A stretch of 53,936 bases of DNA, from contig JBBTTG010000019.1 of NCBI GenBank assembly GCA_038064355.1, positions 1-53,936 on the forward strand. Direction: 5' to 3'. This DNA comes from Patescibacteria group bacterium. GTDB taxonomy: Bacteria; Patescibacteriota; Patescibacteriia; GWA2-47-26. Below, one piece after another: positions 1 through 8,976 of this stretch (positions are counted from its first letter, which is position 1; the number at the start of each line of letters is the position of its first letter). The position numbers and the translations under genes are program-made. Below the pieces are notes generated by a model, which saw only the letters and a list, made by a program, of their open reading frames with translations, was not told where the DNA came from and did no database searches.

Positions 1-505
1 TGAAACAGTCATCCGTTATCTTCGATTTTTGACATGTCGCGCGCATGCGATTAAAGCAATCCACTTTAAAAAGGCAGGCCAGCACGGTTTCTTTGCGCAG
101 ATGGTAGAAGCCGACTGATTTTTGTCTTTCCCCTGTCTTCGGTTGAAGAAGATATACCGTATCCCTCACAGGTTTTACGCAGAATGCGGATAAATCCTTC
201 GGATCCATGGCGAGATGACTTGTCAAGGCGGCATTGGTATATCCAAATGGGGGATCCACATTCTCGGGTTTGGGACACGAAGCGCCCGTCATAACGCTTG
301 AATTACCAGCGGAGGTGGCGTAGTAGCTATCGCCGTCGCTCTCGATCCGGATTCGGTTCCCCACAGCATCCATGTATGTTTTCGACACCTGTTCTTCACA
401 GGCGTCGCGCGCGAGACGAAGGAAGGCGGGGTCTTTTTGAAAATTTTGCGCGGCGCAATTGGCCAAAAGAACAATGGTCGCTCCCGCGAGCAGTAAGTGT
501 TTCAC
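1..505 (-). CDS. Secreted Cys-rich lipoprotein, N-terminal 168 codons (gene runs off the left window edge)
   Basis: Absent from the ORF track because it is truncated by the window edge. The reverse frame from GTG at 505 stays open to position 2. GGAG lies 8 nt upstream. The N-terminus MKHLLLAGATIVLLANC is a signal peptide plus lipobox. Confidence 0.6.
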   Translation of the reverse strand, partial: MKHLLLAGATIVLLANCAAQNFQKDPAFLRLARDACEEQVSKTYMDAVGNRIRIESDGDSYYATSAGNSSVMTGASCPKPENVDPPFGYTNAALTSHLAMDPKDLSAFCVKPVRDTVYLLQPKTGERQKSVGFYHLRKETVLACLFKVDCFNRMRATCQKSKITDDCF

Positions 506-634
506 TTGTCTGATCTCCTCTGAGGGTGATAAGGGAAAAGGACTGTTTGTTTATTACATCATAAAAGATGTCCTGTCAAACACTTCATACCTCGCTGTGT
601 CATGCCGGCGGGTGAGAGTTTGGCTGTATAATGT

Positions 635-742
635 GAGACTGTAGAAAATACCTCTTTCTCTGTCATTGCGAGGAGTAAACGACGAGATTGCCGCGCCCAC
701 TCGATGAACTCGGGGCTCGCAATGACGAATTTTTACAGTCTC
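635..742. repeat. Composite palindromic element: family-D termini enclosing a family-C hairpin (661-727)
   Basis: Termini are GAGACTGTAGAAAA ... TTTTTACAGTCTC. The interior is TGTCATTGCGAGG ... CTCGCAATGAC. Confidence 0.8.
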
Positions 743-788
743 AATGTAATATTTTTGAATTCAAACGTTATTATTAAAGATATGTGAT

Positions 789-1364
789 ATGCCCAGTGAA
801 AAATGGCTTATAAGCCGAGCAAAAACAGATAAAGAAGCCTTTTTGGAGCTTTATAGGGGATATTATCCCAAGCTTTTTGCTTTTCTTTTGGTGCGAACAA
901 GAAATAAAGAGCTGACCGAGGATATAGTTCAGGAAACCTTCACAAAAGCCATTGTCGCCCTAAAGAATTTCCAGTATAAAGGATGCTCTTTTGGTGCTTG
1001 GCTTTTTAGAATCGCCCAGAATGAGCTTATCAGCCAGTGGCGAAAAGAAAGAAAAGTTGTTCAACGGTCGCCTGAGGAGATGGAAGCTGTCGGGCCGGGT
1101 GGATTTTCAGTTGAGGAGCAGTTTATAAGCCAAGAAGCATCGCTTGAAACAAAAGAGCGCGTGAAAAATTTATCCAAAGCCTTGGATGAATTGAGCAAAG
1201 AAGAAAGCCAGTTGGTTATTATGAAATATATTTCAGACCTTTCTTATAAAGACATCGCGGTTTTTCTCAAAAAACGCCCGGCCACTTTGGCCGTTGCGCT
1301 TCACCGAGCATTGAGAAAATTAAAAGATATTTTAGAAAAATATGACAGCAAAACAAATGTTTAA
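789..1364 (+). CDS. RNA polymerase sigma factor, sigma-70/ECF family
   Basis: 191 aa. Region 2 resembles LTEDIVQETFTKA. Region 4 HTH is LSYKDIAVFLKKRPATLAVALHRALRKLK. Confidence 0.85.
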   Translation: MPSEKWLISRAKTDKEAFLELYRGYYPKLFAFLLVRTRNKELTEDIVQETFTKAIVALKNFQYKGCSFGAWLFRIAQNELISQWRKERKVVQRSPEEMEAVGPGGFSVEEQFISQEASLETKERVKNLSKALDELSKEESQLVIMKYISDLSYKDIAVFLKKRPATLAVALHRALRKLKDILEKYDSKTNV

Positions 1365-2490
1365 AATTACACCCGAAGAAGAAAAAATCAAAAGCGGACT
1401 GAAGGATGTTGGCAAGTCATTAAGGGATAAATCGCGCGCCGCGGATGACCGCTTGGGCGAGATGCTTGAAAATGTTTATGAAACAAGCGAAGGCAAAGGG
1501 GAAATTGGCTATGTTTTAAGTTTTTTTAAAAAGCCGTTGTTTTTAGTTCCTGCCGGATTGGTAGTTATATTCTTTGCAGTTATCATTTACAACGTTTACA
1601 AAGAATTTACTTACAACCCGTCTTATAATTATCCTTCTTACGGTGGTAGCTGGGAAGGAGGCGGAGATAGGTATTTTGGAGGGGCATCCGAAATGTCTGT
1701 AGGCGCAAGCTATCAACCCCCAACTTTTAAGCAAAGATTTTTGAGTCGGCTCGGACAAAATGAAGCAAGTCCGTATGAAATAGCCAAACGAGGGCCGATT
1801 CTTGAAAAAGACTTGAATGTTGAAATAATGACCGATAAAAAAGATGAAGCGAGCGGAATGATTCAAAACGCTTTTACTTCGCTTGGCGGTTTTATCAGCA
1901 GTATAAATAACGATACGGCCAGCCAGAGACGCGGCAGAATTTATGCCTATGGTAAAATCCCGGCCAATAACATAGAAGCATTCCGCATTCTGATAAAAGA
2001 TTTTGCCGAAGAAGAAAAATATTATCGCGAGGGGATACAAGCCAAAAGCCGGACAGCCGATATGATTGAAATTGAGAAAAAAATTAAAGAAGTTGAGGAT
2101 AGCGTCAAGTATTTAGAAGATGCCATTAAAAAAGAGGCAGATCCAGTGAAAAAAGCCGGGCTTGAAAAGAAATTAGCTGACAATCAGGCTTATCTTGGCG
2201 AACGAGAAGAGACGAAAAAAGGAATAGAAGAGAGGGTGGAATTTGTTGATGTGAAGCTGACCGCAATTGTCTTTCCAAAATTTTGGCAAGCCTCCTCAAT
2301 TGATGATTTCAAATCAATTTATGTGGGATTTGAAGAGCCGACTTTGCTTGATAAATTTAAAATAAATGCCACTCGTGTGCTGGTTATTTTCCTGCAAATT
2401 TTCAGCTACACTTTCTGGCTGATACCGATCATTATCTTGGTTTGGTGGAGGAAAAGAAAAGAAAAAGGACTACTTGAAGAGTTAGAATAA
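1342..2490 (+). CDS. Two-TM membrane protein, DUF4349-like; possible anti-sigma partner
   Basis: Overlaps the end of the sigma gene (alternative ATG at 1357). It has a cytoplasmic N-terminus, a TM segment LFLVPAGLVVIFFAVIIY, a coiled-coil ectodomain and a C-terminal TM segment. The family call is from memory of the architecture only. Confidence 0.5.
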   Translation: MTAKQMFKITPEEEKIKSGLKDVGKSLRDKSRAADDRLGEMLENVYETSEGKGEIGYVLSFFKKPLFLVPAGLVVIFFAVIIYNVYKEFTYNPSYNYPSYGGSWEGGGDRYFGGASEMSVGASYQPPTFKQRFLSRLGQNEASPYEIAKRGPILEKDLNVEIMTDKKDEASGMIQNAFTSLGGFISSINNDTASQRRGRIYAYGKIPANNIEAFRILIKDFAEEEKYYREGIQAKSRTADMIEIEKKIKEVEDSVKYLEDAIKKEADPVKKAGLEKKLADNQAYLGEREETKKGIEERVEFVDVKLTAIVFPKFWQASSIDDFKSIYVGFEEPTLLDKFKINATRVLVIFLQIFSYTFWLIPIIILVWWRKRKEKGLLEELE

Positions 2491-2633
2491 TAGGATGCCA
2501 TCAAAAAATATTTTTAAAAACCATTATACATACAGAAAGAGTCCCCGCAAAAGAGATTCTTATCTGCGATACCCAGGAGAGAGCCGCGTGGTTGCACACA
2601 CAGTTCTAGTGTCTAACGAGAAATAACTAAAGT

Positions 2634-2754
2634 GAGACTGTAGAAAAACGCGATCTGCTTCGTTGAAATCTGCGGTACTCACTCGCCGCACCTCAAGTGC
2701 ACCTCGATTCGTTCCTCGATTCCGTCTCGCATCTCATCATTTTTTTACAGTCTC
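2634..2754. repeat. Family-D MITE-like element (121 bp), diverged copy
   Basis: Termini are GAGACTGTAGAAAAACGCGATCTGC ... CGCATCTCATCATTTTTTTACAGTCTC. It aligns with the copies at 8340-8460 and 19068-19188. Confidence 0.85.
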
Positions 2755-2788
2755 AAAATACTGTGAATTACGAACACCCCTTCTCTTG

Positions 2789-2835
2789 TGTCATCCCCGC
2801 GAAAGCGGGGATCGACAGGGGGGGGCGGGGAATGA
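2789..2835. repeat. Family-F palindromic element (GTCATCCCCGCGAAAGCGGGGAT type)
   Basis: TGTCATCCCCGCGAAAGCGGGGATCGAC...GCGGGGAATGA. Related copies lie at 26901-27000, 34281-34350, 40207-40267 and 42944-43004. Confidence 0.7.
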
Positions 2836-2929
2836 TAAACAGAGAGTTTCGTAATTCAAAGAAAATAGCATTTTCTGTGCAAGTTCAAGTCTTGTACTAT
2901 CAAGTCTTTGTGTGTTCGTGACTTGCCCA

Positions 2930-3033
2930 CATCGCCTTCCCCCTTTGAAAAAGGGGGATTGAGGGGGATTTTCTCCAACCTGTTGCATAAATCCCTCGGC
3001 CTTCGGCCACTCCCTTTTTCAAAGGGAGAGAAA
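2930..3033. repeat. Family-G element, inverted relative to the copy at 39788-39925
   Basis: CCCCCTTTGAAAAAGGGGGATTGAGGGGGATTTTCTCC...CCCTCGGCCTTCGGCCACTCCCTTTTTCAAAGGGAGAG is the reverse complement of the 39.8 kb copy. Confidence 0.8.
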
Positions 3034-3130
3034 AATCCGACTGCCCATTGCGCGGCAGTGTAAAAAAACCGCAAAACCGCAACTCTCCCCCCTGTGCATA
3101 CTGACAGAGTGAACGAGCGTGATATGATGA

Positions 3131-3307
3131 AAGCGTAAGGATTGCTTTACTCAAGGTAAAACCTTGGAAGAAGCCAAGGCGATGGCCAAAGACGCTATCG
3201 ATGCCCATTGTCAAAGTTTAATGAAAGACGGCGAATCTATCCCTGAAGAAAAAGTTTATGAAGGTGAGTTTGTTGGGCACATGAGTTTTGAATTTCAGTA
3301 TGCATGA
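3131..3307 (+). pseudogene. HicB-family antitoxin remnant (C-terminal part only)
   Basis: The frame reads CFTQGKTLEEAKAMAKDAIDAHCQSLMKDGESIPEEKVYEGEFVGHMSFEFQYA*. It is preceded by two stops and has no plausible N-terminus. It resembles the GCMTQGETFEQAQERVKDAIQGYIEVLREDGEEVP segment of the intact hicB at 52217. Confidence 0.5.
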
Positions 3308-3372
3308 AGCCAAGACTGCCAGCTTTAGCTCTAAGGTTTTTTCAATTTTTTATAGCTTTCAAAAATTCCGCT

Positions 3373-4314
3373 TCAGTGTGAGCGTTTAGTATCTATAATT
3401 GCCAACCGATTAAGACCTGCAAGGTCTTTTTTTATTTTGATTTTGCAGGAGGGGAAATAGTGGCGGGCGAGGGTTTGAATGTCGTCGGATTGGTGGGGGC
3501 AAATTTCAAAAATTAAGTAAGTAGCGTGTAGGGAGTAGCGTGTAGAAAATTCCTTGAGCTGTTTCAAGAGGGTGCGGTAGTAGGTGAGGCCGTCTGGGCC
3601 GCCGTCCAGGGCGAGGCGGGGTTCATAGTGGCGCACGTCAGGCGGGGATTGCCGCCATTCGGAAGTTGGAAGATAAGGGAGGTTGGCGGTGATAAATAGC
3701 GTGTAGGGAGTAGCGTGTAGGGAGTAGACACGCAGGAAAGGCTCAAGAAGGTTGATATACAGGAAGGTGATATTTTTTTCGACGCCATGGAGGCGGGCGT
3801 TTTTGCGGGCGACGGTGAGTGCGGAGCGGGAGGCGTCGGTGGCGAAAAATTCAATTCCCCTCACCTCCATCCTCTCCCCGGAGGGGAGAGGGAGGGGAGA
3901 GGGGGCGAGGAGTTTGGCAAGAGCAATAATAACACACCCGCTACCGGTGCCGATGTCGATGATAACAGTTGGTAGCTTGTAGCTGGTAGCGAGTAGGTTG
4001 AGGGATTCTTTCACCATCAGTTCCGTCTCGGGGCGGGGAATGAGGACGCGCTTGTCCACGCAAAAATCCAATCCGTAAAATTCTTTGTGGCCGGTGATGT
4101 AGGCCACCGGCTCGTGCTTGGCGCGCCGTTTGATCAGTTTGCCGTAGGTAGCCGACTGTGAGCGTTGGAGATTGTATTCAGGATGAGCAAACAGTGTCTC
4201 CTTCGTGATTTTGAGTGTATGCGCGAGCAGTATTTCCGCATCGAGCGAGGCGGATTTGATTTTCGCAGATTGAAGACGGCTAGTGCCCCAGAGGAGAGCC
4301 TCTCGCGAGGTCAT
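3373..4314 (-). CDS. prmC: Release-factor glutamine methyltransferase PrmC/HemK, carrying several repeat-derived segments
   Basis: SAM motif IDIGTGSGCV. Other motifs are PRPETE and NLPY (in the NPPY position). It sits directly downstream of prfA. At 313 aa it is about 35 aa longer than typical PrmC. Confidence 0.9.
   Translation of the reverse strand: MTSREALLWGTSRLQSAKIKSASLDAEILLAHTLKITKETLFAHPEYNLQRSQSATYGKLIKRRAKHEPVAYITGHKEFYGLDFCVDKRVLIPRPETELMVKESLNLLATSYKLPTVIIDIGTGSGCVIIALAKLLAPSPLPLPSGERMEVRGIEFFATDASRSALTVARKNARLHGVEKNITFLYINLLEPFLRVYSLHATPYTLFITANLPYLPTSEWRQSPPDVRHYEPRLALDGGPDGLTYYRTLLKQLKEFSTRYSLHATYLIFEICPHQSDDIQTLARHYFPSCKIKIKKDLAGLNRLAIIDTKRSH
3518..3545. repeat. Heptanucleotide NNNGTAG tract (4 units) inside prmC
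   Basis: TAAGTAG CGTGTAG GGAGTAG CGTGTAG, translated on the minus strand as RYSLHATY. Confidence 0.85.
3693..3727. repeat. Heptanucleotide NNNGTAG tract (5 units) inside prmC
   Basis: TAAATAG CGTGTAG GGAGTAG CGTGTAG GGAGTAG, translated as VYSLHATPYTLF. It ends four codons upstream of the NLPY motif. Confidence 0.85.
3857..3908. repeat. Family-B GC-rich palindrome inside prmC
   Basis: CCTCTCCCCGGAGGGGAGAGG core, translated as PSPLPLPSGERMEVRG. It is about 85 percent identical by eye to the eno copy. Confidence 0.85.
3969..3996. repeat. Heptanucleotide NNNGTAG tract (4 units) inside prmC
   Basis: TTGGTAG CTTGTAG CTGGTAG CGAGTAG, translated as LATSYKLP just before the SAM-binding motif. Confidence 0.8.
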
Positions 4315-4315
4315 A

Positions 4316-5383
4316 TTATTCCTCGTCCTCTATGTCAGTCTCGCCGCGTTGAAGCGAGGTGATGACATCGTTGATATCGCCATCAAGAATGCCAGGCAAG
4401 CCATGCCAGCTTTTCTTGATGCGGTGGTCCGTCAGGCGGTCCTGGGGGACGTTGTAGGTGCGGATTTTTTCCGAGCGCTCTCCCGTGCCGATCTGTGAAC
4501 GGCGCGCCTCGGACCGTTCGCGGTGGCGCTTTTCTTGTTCAAGCGCGTAGAGGCGCGAGCGCATGACCTGCATGGCCCGTACGCGGTTTTGCTGTTGGGA
4601 GCGTTCGTCTTGGCAGGAGACGACGAGCCCCGTGGGGATATGGGTGATGCGGATGGCGGAGTAGGTTGTATTGACCGATTGCCCGCCGTGCCCGCCGGCC
4701 GTGGATGTTTCGATTTTTAAATCTTTCGGATCCACCTTGAAATCCATTTCTTCCACTTCGGGGAGTACGGCAACGGTGGCAGTTGAGGTGTGCACGCGCC
4801 CCGCTTTTTCGGTTTCCGGGATGCGTTGGACGCGGTGCACGCCGCTTTCGTGTTTCAGCGCGCGATACGCGTTGCGGCCCTCAATGAGGAATACAACTTC
4901 TTTGAAACCGTCGATATCGGTGCGGTTGGAAGAGAGGAGCCGAGTCGACCATCCTTGGCGTTCGGCGAAACGGCTGTACATGCGAAAAAGATTGCCGGCA
5001 AAGAGCGCGGCCTCATCGCCTCCGGTGCCCGCGCGGATTTCCACAATGATATTCTTCTTATTCATCGGATCAGCCGGATGCAGGAGTTCGGCGAGTTCAG
5101 TTTGTAGTTTGTAGTTTGTAGTTTGTAGTGTTTTGATCTCCTCTTCGGCAAGGGAGCGCAATTCCGTATCTGTTGTTTCCCGGAGCGTTTTTTCTATATC
5201 CTCCACGACGCGGGTATTGGTATCTATCCGTTCCGCGAGATCGAGAATTTCTCTCAACTCGTCGTATTCCTTGGAAAGCGCGCGCAAACGCTCCGGATCC
5301 GCAAGGGTGTCCGGTTGGCTCATAAGCGTTTCAAGCTCTTGGGCGCGTTTTTGATTTTTTTGTATTTCCGGGAGGAAATTCAT
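4316..5383 (-). CDS. prfA: Peptide chain release factor 1
   Basis: GGQ motif ([11 protein letters not shown]), RF1-type PxT tripeptide (RIPETEK) and [11 protein letters not shown]. The start was chosen at MNFLPEIQ; the ORF-track start at 5407 is also possible. Confidence 0.93.
   Translation of the reverse strand: MNFLPEIQKNQKRAQELETLMSQPDTLADPERLRALSKEYDELREILDLAERIDTNTRVVEDIEKTLRETTDTELRSLAEEEIKTLQTTNYKLQTELAELLHPADPMNKKNIIVEIRAGTGGDEAALFAGNLFRMYSRFAERQGWSTRLLSSNRTDIDGFKEVVFLIEGRNAYRALKHESGVHRVQRIPETEKAGRVHTSTATVAVLPEVEEMDFKVDPKDLKIETSTAGGHGGQSVNTTYSAIRITHIPTGLVVSCQDERSQQQNRVRAMQVMRSRLYALEQEKRHRERSEARRSQIGTGERSEKIRTYNVPQDRLTDHRIKKSWHGLPGILDGDINDVITSLQRGETDIEDEE
5101..5128. repeat. Perfect tandem heptamer (TTTGTAG)x4 inside prfA
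   Basis: Four identical units, translated on the minus strand as [10 protein letters not shown]. Confidence 0.95.
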
Positions 5384-5443
5384 ACCAATAGAAAAAGCCA
5401 CAAACATTGTAACACGGCGAATGTTACTCTGTCTGTGGCTTTC

Positions 5444-5737
5444 TTATTTTTCGGCCTTGGTCGCTTTTTCTATCGATTTGGCTTTTTTGGCGGCATGCTT
5501 GACCGTGCGTCCTTTGCGGCTGGCGGCACTCGCCGTTTTTTTGCCGGCGCGTTCTTGGAATTTCTCCACGCGGCGAGCGGTGTCAACGAGTTTCTGCTTG
5601 CCAGTATAGAAAGGATGGCAATTGGAACAGACTTCCACATGGATTTCCGGCACCGTGGAGCCTGTGATGTATGTCTTGCCGCAGACGCAGATGATTTTGC
5701 CGCCTGTGTGGTATTTCGGATGGATTTCTTTTTTCAT
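5444..5737 (-). CDS. rpmE: 50S ribosomal protein L31 with a Lys-rich C-terminal extension
   Basis: [10 protein letters not shown]...[16 protein letters not shown]. The 15 codons upstream in the ORF track were judged non-coding. Confidence 0.9.
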   Translation of the reverse strand: MKKEIHPKYHTGGKIICVCGKTYITGSTVPEIHVEVCSNCHPFYTGKQKLVDTARRVEKFQERAGKKTASAASRKGRTVKHAAKKAKSIEKATKAEK

Positions 5738-5799
5738 ACTCAATAGTGAGAATACTGTAGCATGGGGGGTTGAAAATGGCAAGTGTACGCGGGGATTAA

Positions 5800-5834
5800 G
5801 GTATAGGGAGTAGGCGGTAGCGTGTAGACAGTAA
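5800..5834. repeat. Heptanucleotide NNNGTAG tract (5 units), intergenic
   Basis: GGTATAG GGAGTAG GCGGTAG CGTGTAG ACAGTAA, located between the terminator and rpmE. Confidence 0.8.
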
Positions 5835-5868
5835 AAAAACGGACCCGAGGGGAAACCCTAGGGTCCGT
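5833..5868 (-). terminator. Rho-independent terminator of the lipoprotein gene
   Basis: On the minus strand: ACGGACCC-TAGGGTTTCCCC-TCGGGTCCGT followed by TTTTTTT. Confidence 0.75.
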
Positions 5869-5896
5869 GGTGCCGCGATGCGCGGACAAGGAGCGA

Positions 5897-6653
5897 TTAG
5901 TCGACGCGGACGCAGTTGCCGACGTAGGCGGGGCTGGGATCCGTGTCTTGCGAGGTGTAGATGCCCTCGACTTCTTTGCCTCCGACGCATTTGTAGACAT
6001 GAAGTTCGCCATCGAGCCTGTTGCCGCTCGCCCAGACGTTGCATACCCATTTGCCCTGGCCGCGGTCGATCTGGAAACTATCACTCCCCGGCACGATGAT
6101 GTTTATGAAATTGTTGAACCCGGGAATCTCTTTCCGGAAAGAGCCGTCCAAGCTCCTGAGCGTCAAGGATTCCATAGCGCCACCGGGAGTCTTGTAGATC
6201 ACGCGCATCTTGCTCGAGTCGCAAGATAGTGTCGGCGGCGCCGGATTGTCATCGTCATCGTCATCGTCGTTTGATGGCGGGGGATTCTGTGTTGGCGGAG
6301 GATAGTAGTGGTTCGTGACGTGGCCACTTTTTTCCTCCACCTCGCCGCCAGAGCCGTCATCCTCTTCCTCGTCCGGAGGATTGCAGATGAATTGGACGAC
6401 TTCGCCGGTGGCGTTGTTGATGGCGTAGTCGCGCCATTGGTTTCGGTTGCCGCAGCCCTTGCGCGATGCCGGTGTAACAAGCTGTTGCACCCAGGGAATC
6501 GCTTGGGGTGCATGTCCATTGCCCGTCGGGGCGCATCGTCAAGAGGGTGATTTGGGTGGGCGTGCCACCGTCGCCCACGTCTTCCTCGAGACCACAGGCG
6601 GGGATGATGGCGCCCATGATGAGTACCATCAATGCAAGAGCGTTCGTTTTCAT
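5897..6653 (-). pseudogene. Lipoprotein gene split over two frames (+1 shift near 6440-6480), or an assembly indel
   Basis: AGGAGGGAG SD plus ATG at 6653. The N-terminus MKTNALALMVLIMGAIIPAC has a lipobox. That frame degenerates into an Arg-rich tail, while the +1 frame continues protein-like for 197 aa (poly-Asp/Pro linker, C-terminal Cys-containing domain). Confidence 0.5.
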
Positions 6654-6800
6654 TCTTTTCTCCCTCCTTGGGAGTTTGGGGGTTTGTGTTGAACAGAGCG
6701 AAAAACTGACACCATTAAAGCATTATCCTTGACTTTTGTCAATGTTTCATCTATCTTCCCAAGAGATCTTCGCACTTCGCGGAGATAAGGAGGAAAGACC

Positions 6801-8015
6801 TTGAAAACTGAACTTGGATGTCTTCCGACGAAGTATGGGGTGATTGAATTCCGTACACGGCGTATTTCCGGATCCAATGCACGGGTACTCATGGAGCGAT
6901 GCGTTATTCCCGCCGGCGCCATGGACCGAAAAGGAACCATCTCCCAAAAGGATAAATCCATTCCCGCCGGCACGGTGTTGGTGCCGCATTGGGATGACTA
7001 TGACGCCCCGGGCGCGGAAAAGCTTTTTCATCTTTTTCCCGGCGGTATCTTTGAAGCCCTGCGTTCAATGATGCACGCGCTTTTCGGATATGGGGCGCGC
7101 GGCAAGCATGGCGAGCTTCGGCAGATTGATGCCCTTGTCAAGCGGATTGACGCGGCGGTGGATACGCTCCTGCAACGCCATGAACTCATGCCATTTGCCG
7201 TGGAGAAGGCACAGCAAGAGCTTGCGTCTATCGCAACCGATCTTGATACTGTTCGCAACAGGCGGAAGGTGAATGCGAGGGATGCGCTCGTAAAATCTTC
7301 AGCGCTTACGATTTCGTATCGCAATGCACCCCGCCGCAACGTGCCCGCCACCATTCGACGCATTGACGGCGCCAAGAATCGATTGGGGGGCCGCAGTCGG
7401 GAAATCCATCATATTGTCCCTCACGTGGCGTTTTTCGAACAAGCGCTCGCTTCAGAGATTGGCAGGATGATCCGCGGATTGGAAAACGCGGTGGTCACAC
7501 TCTTAGTGGAATCTTCGCGTCTTGAGCGGCGCAAGACGCCCTATAGCGAGGGGGAGCGCAGGATTTTTTTTCGCCGATATCGTGATGTCGGCGCGGTGCT
7601 TGAGAATATTCGGTGTGTGCCGTTTCTCCGTGCCGCGCACCTTGCGCGCGCGGATATGGGTGAGGCGGCCAAGTTTCTCGATGCCGGAAATTACGGCAAG
7701 GCGGCGTTGTCTCTCAAGCGCGCGGCGCGCGGACTCAAATGCAAACTCGCGCAGGTTTATTTTGAGCGTACCATTGTCTTCCCGATGTCCTTGCGCATTG
7801 GACTGGGTGTGTTTTCGGCGGCGGATGCGGAAAGGTTTGCAAAGAAGCTCACAAAGATACGGATATCCGCGGATGCTCGTCTCGACGATGAGGGGTTTCG
7901 CGCCCCCGTGAAGATGAGATTCATCTCCGCCATCGGTGAAGCGATCATTTCCCTGGAAGCGGGGGAATATCGTGCCGCCAAAGATAAAGTGAAGCGCGCT
8001 TCTCGCGCGCTCTAA
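6801..8015 (+). CDS. Hypothetical protein (404 aa, Arg/Ala-rich, helical)
   Basis: TTG start 7 nt after a perfect AAGGAGG. It is a long open frame in a GC-rich island. An internal repeat is AGNYGKAALSLKRAARGL / AGEYRAAKDKVKRASRAL. No family was recognised. Confidence 0.6.
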   Translation: MKTELGCLPTKYGVIEFRTRRISGSNARVLMERCVIPAGAMDRKGTISQKDKSIPAGTVLVPHWDDYDAPGAEKLFHLFPGGIFEALRSMMHALFGYGARGKHGELRQIDALVKRIDAAVDTLLQRHELMPFAVEKAQQELASIATDLDTVRNRRKVNARDALVKSSALTISYRNAPRRNVPATIRRIDGAKNRLGGRSREIHHIVPHVAFFEQALASEIGRMIRGLENAVVTLLVESSRLERRKTPYSEGERRIFFRRYRDVGAVLENIRCVPFLRAAHLARADMGEAAKFLDAGNYGKAALSLKRAARGLKCKLAQVYFERTIVFPMSLRIGLGVFSAADAERFAKKLTKIRISADARLDDEGFRAPVKMRFISAIGEAIISLEAGEYRAAKDKVKRASRAL

Positions 8016-8339
8016 TCCCCGTCATGTTTTCGCGTTTCTCGCTCCGCTCTTGACAATTTTTCGTCCTCGTGATGATATATTGGTAAGAGTGTTCGTTCTG
8101 TCTGCATTGCATCTGGTTGGCGGCCTCTGAATATTCCCCATCCCCGCGACATCCCTCCCCTCCCCGCGTGGCGTGGTTCAGGAAGTTCATTGGTCGTCCA
8201 ACCGTTTTCTTGGCCGTATGGTCATAAGGTTTGTTTTTTCAACGAAAGCGTCGTAACCCCCCCCGCAAACGACATTCGCTGGAGAGACACTCACTGTGAC
8301 TATACTGGCCAACTTTTGTTTATAATCGAGTTGTAATTT

Positions 8340-8460
8340 GAGACCGTAGAAAAACGCGATCTGCTTTGTTGAAACCTGCGGTATTCGCTCACCGTACCTT
8401 TCAGTACGGCTCGCTCACTCCTCGGTTTCGCCTCGCATCTCATCGTTTTTCTACAGTCTC
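8340..8460. repeat. Family-D MITE-like element (121 bp)
   Basis: Identical by eye to 19068-19188. It has roughly 20 bp terminal inverted repeats AATTTGAGACCGTAGAAAAA / TTTTTCTACAGTCTCAA and a central hairpin CCGTAC-CTTTCA-GTACGG. Confidence 0.9.
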
Positions 8461-8941
8461 AATTTCGCGGTCATGATTTCGCAAAGTCCCTGTAGCCGGT
8501 TTTTTCGCTACCAGGATTTGCCCAAAATGTGGTGGACTGATACAACGATTTGACTTTCTCCGCCAGGTGTGGTTTACTGAGCTATAAGCTTCGTTCTGTT
8601 CGACAATCGATGAGGTTGGTGACCTGGCGGTTTCCGCAAAATCCCTCTCTCCTTTCTGTTCTACTCTGGCTCATGCTCTGGTTCATACATGGCAATTGCG
8701 GATCCGTCGGTCACCAACCTTTGCTCTTTTCGCTGGGCTGAAGCCTTGGAAAGAAAGATGAACCGAAAATTGATCCCCCCCTCGACATGCGGTTCGGTGA
8801 ATTCTTTCCCCAAGGTTTCGGCCTTTTTTATTTTTTGTCCAGAATACCCCATGGCTTGCCATGGGGATGAATGGAAACAAAAAATAAAACCCCGCCTTGG
8901 CGGGGTCATATTACCGCACCGCAAGCAGTGTGATAATTGAT

Positions 8942-8976
8942 TTTTCAAAAAAATCCCCCCGATCGGAATCGGGGGG
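8942..8976 (-). terminator. Rho-independent terminator downstream of the 9004-9549 gene
   Basis: On the minus strand: CCCCCCGAT-TCCG-ATCGGGGGG followed by ATTTTTTTG. Confidence 0.75.

Noticed and set aside
2663-3214. ORFs lying entirely within repeat elements: 2663-2854, 2697-2921, 2856-3074, 2900-3214, 19094-19288, 34270-34617, 39841-40089, and the N-terminal parts of the ORFs starting at 40177 and 46655.
   Set aside because: Their sequences are translations of the palindromic repeat families (motifs such as RFRLASHRFSTVS, PRESGDPG...RGNDRRK and PLFKGG). The same translations recur wherever a repeat copy occurs, regardless of context.
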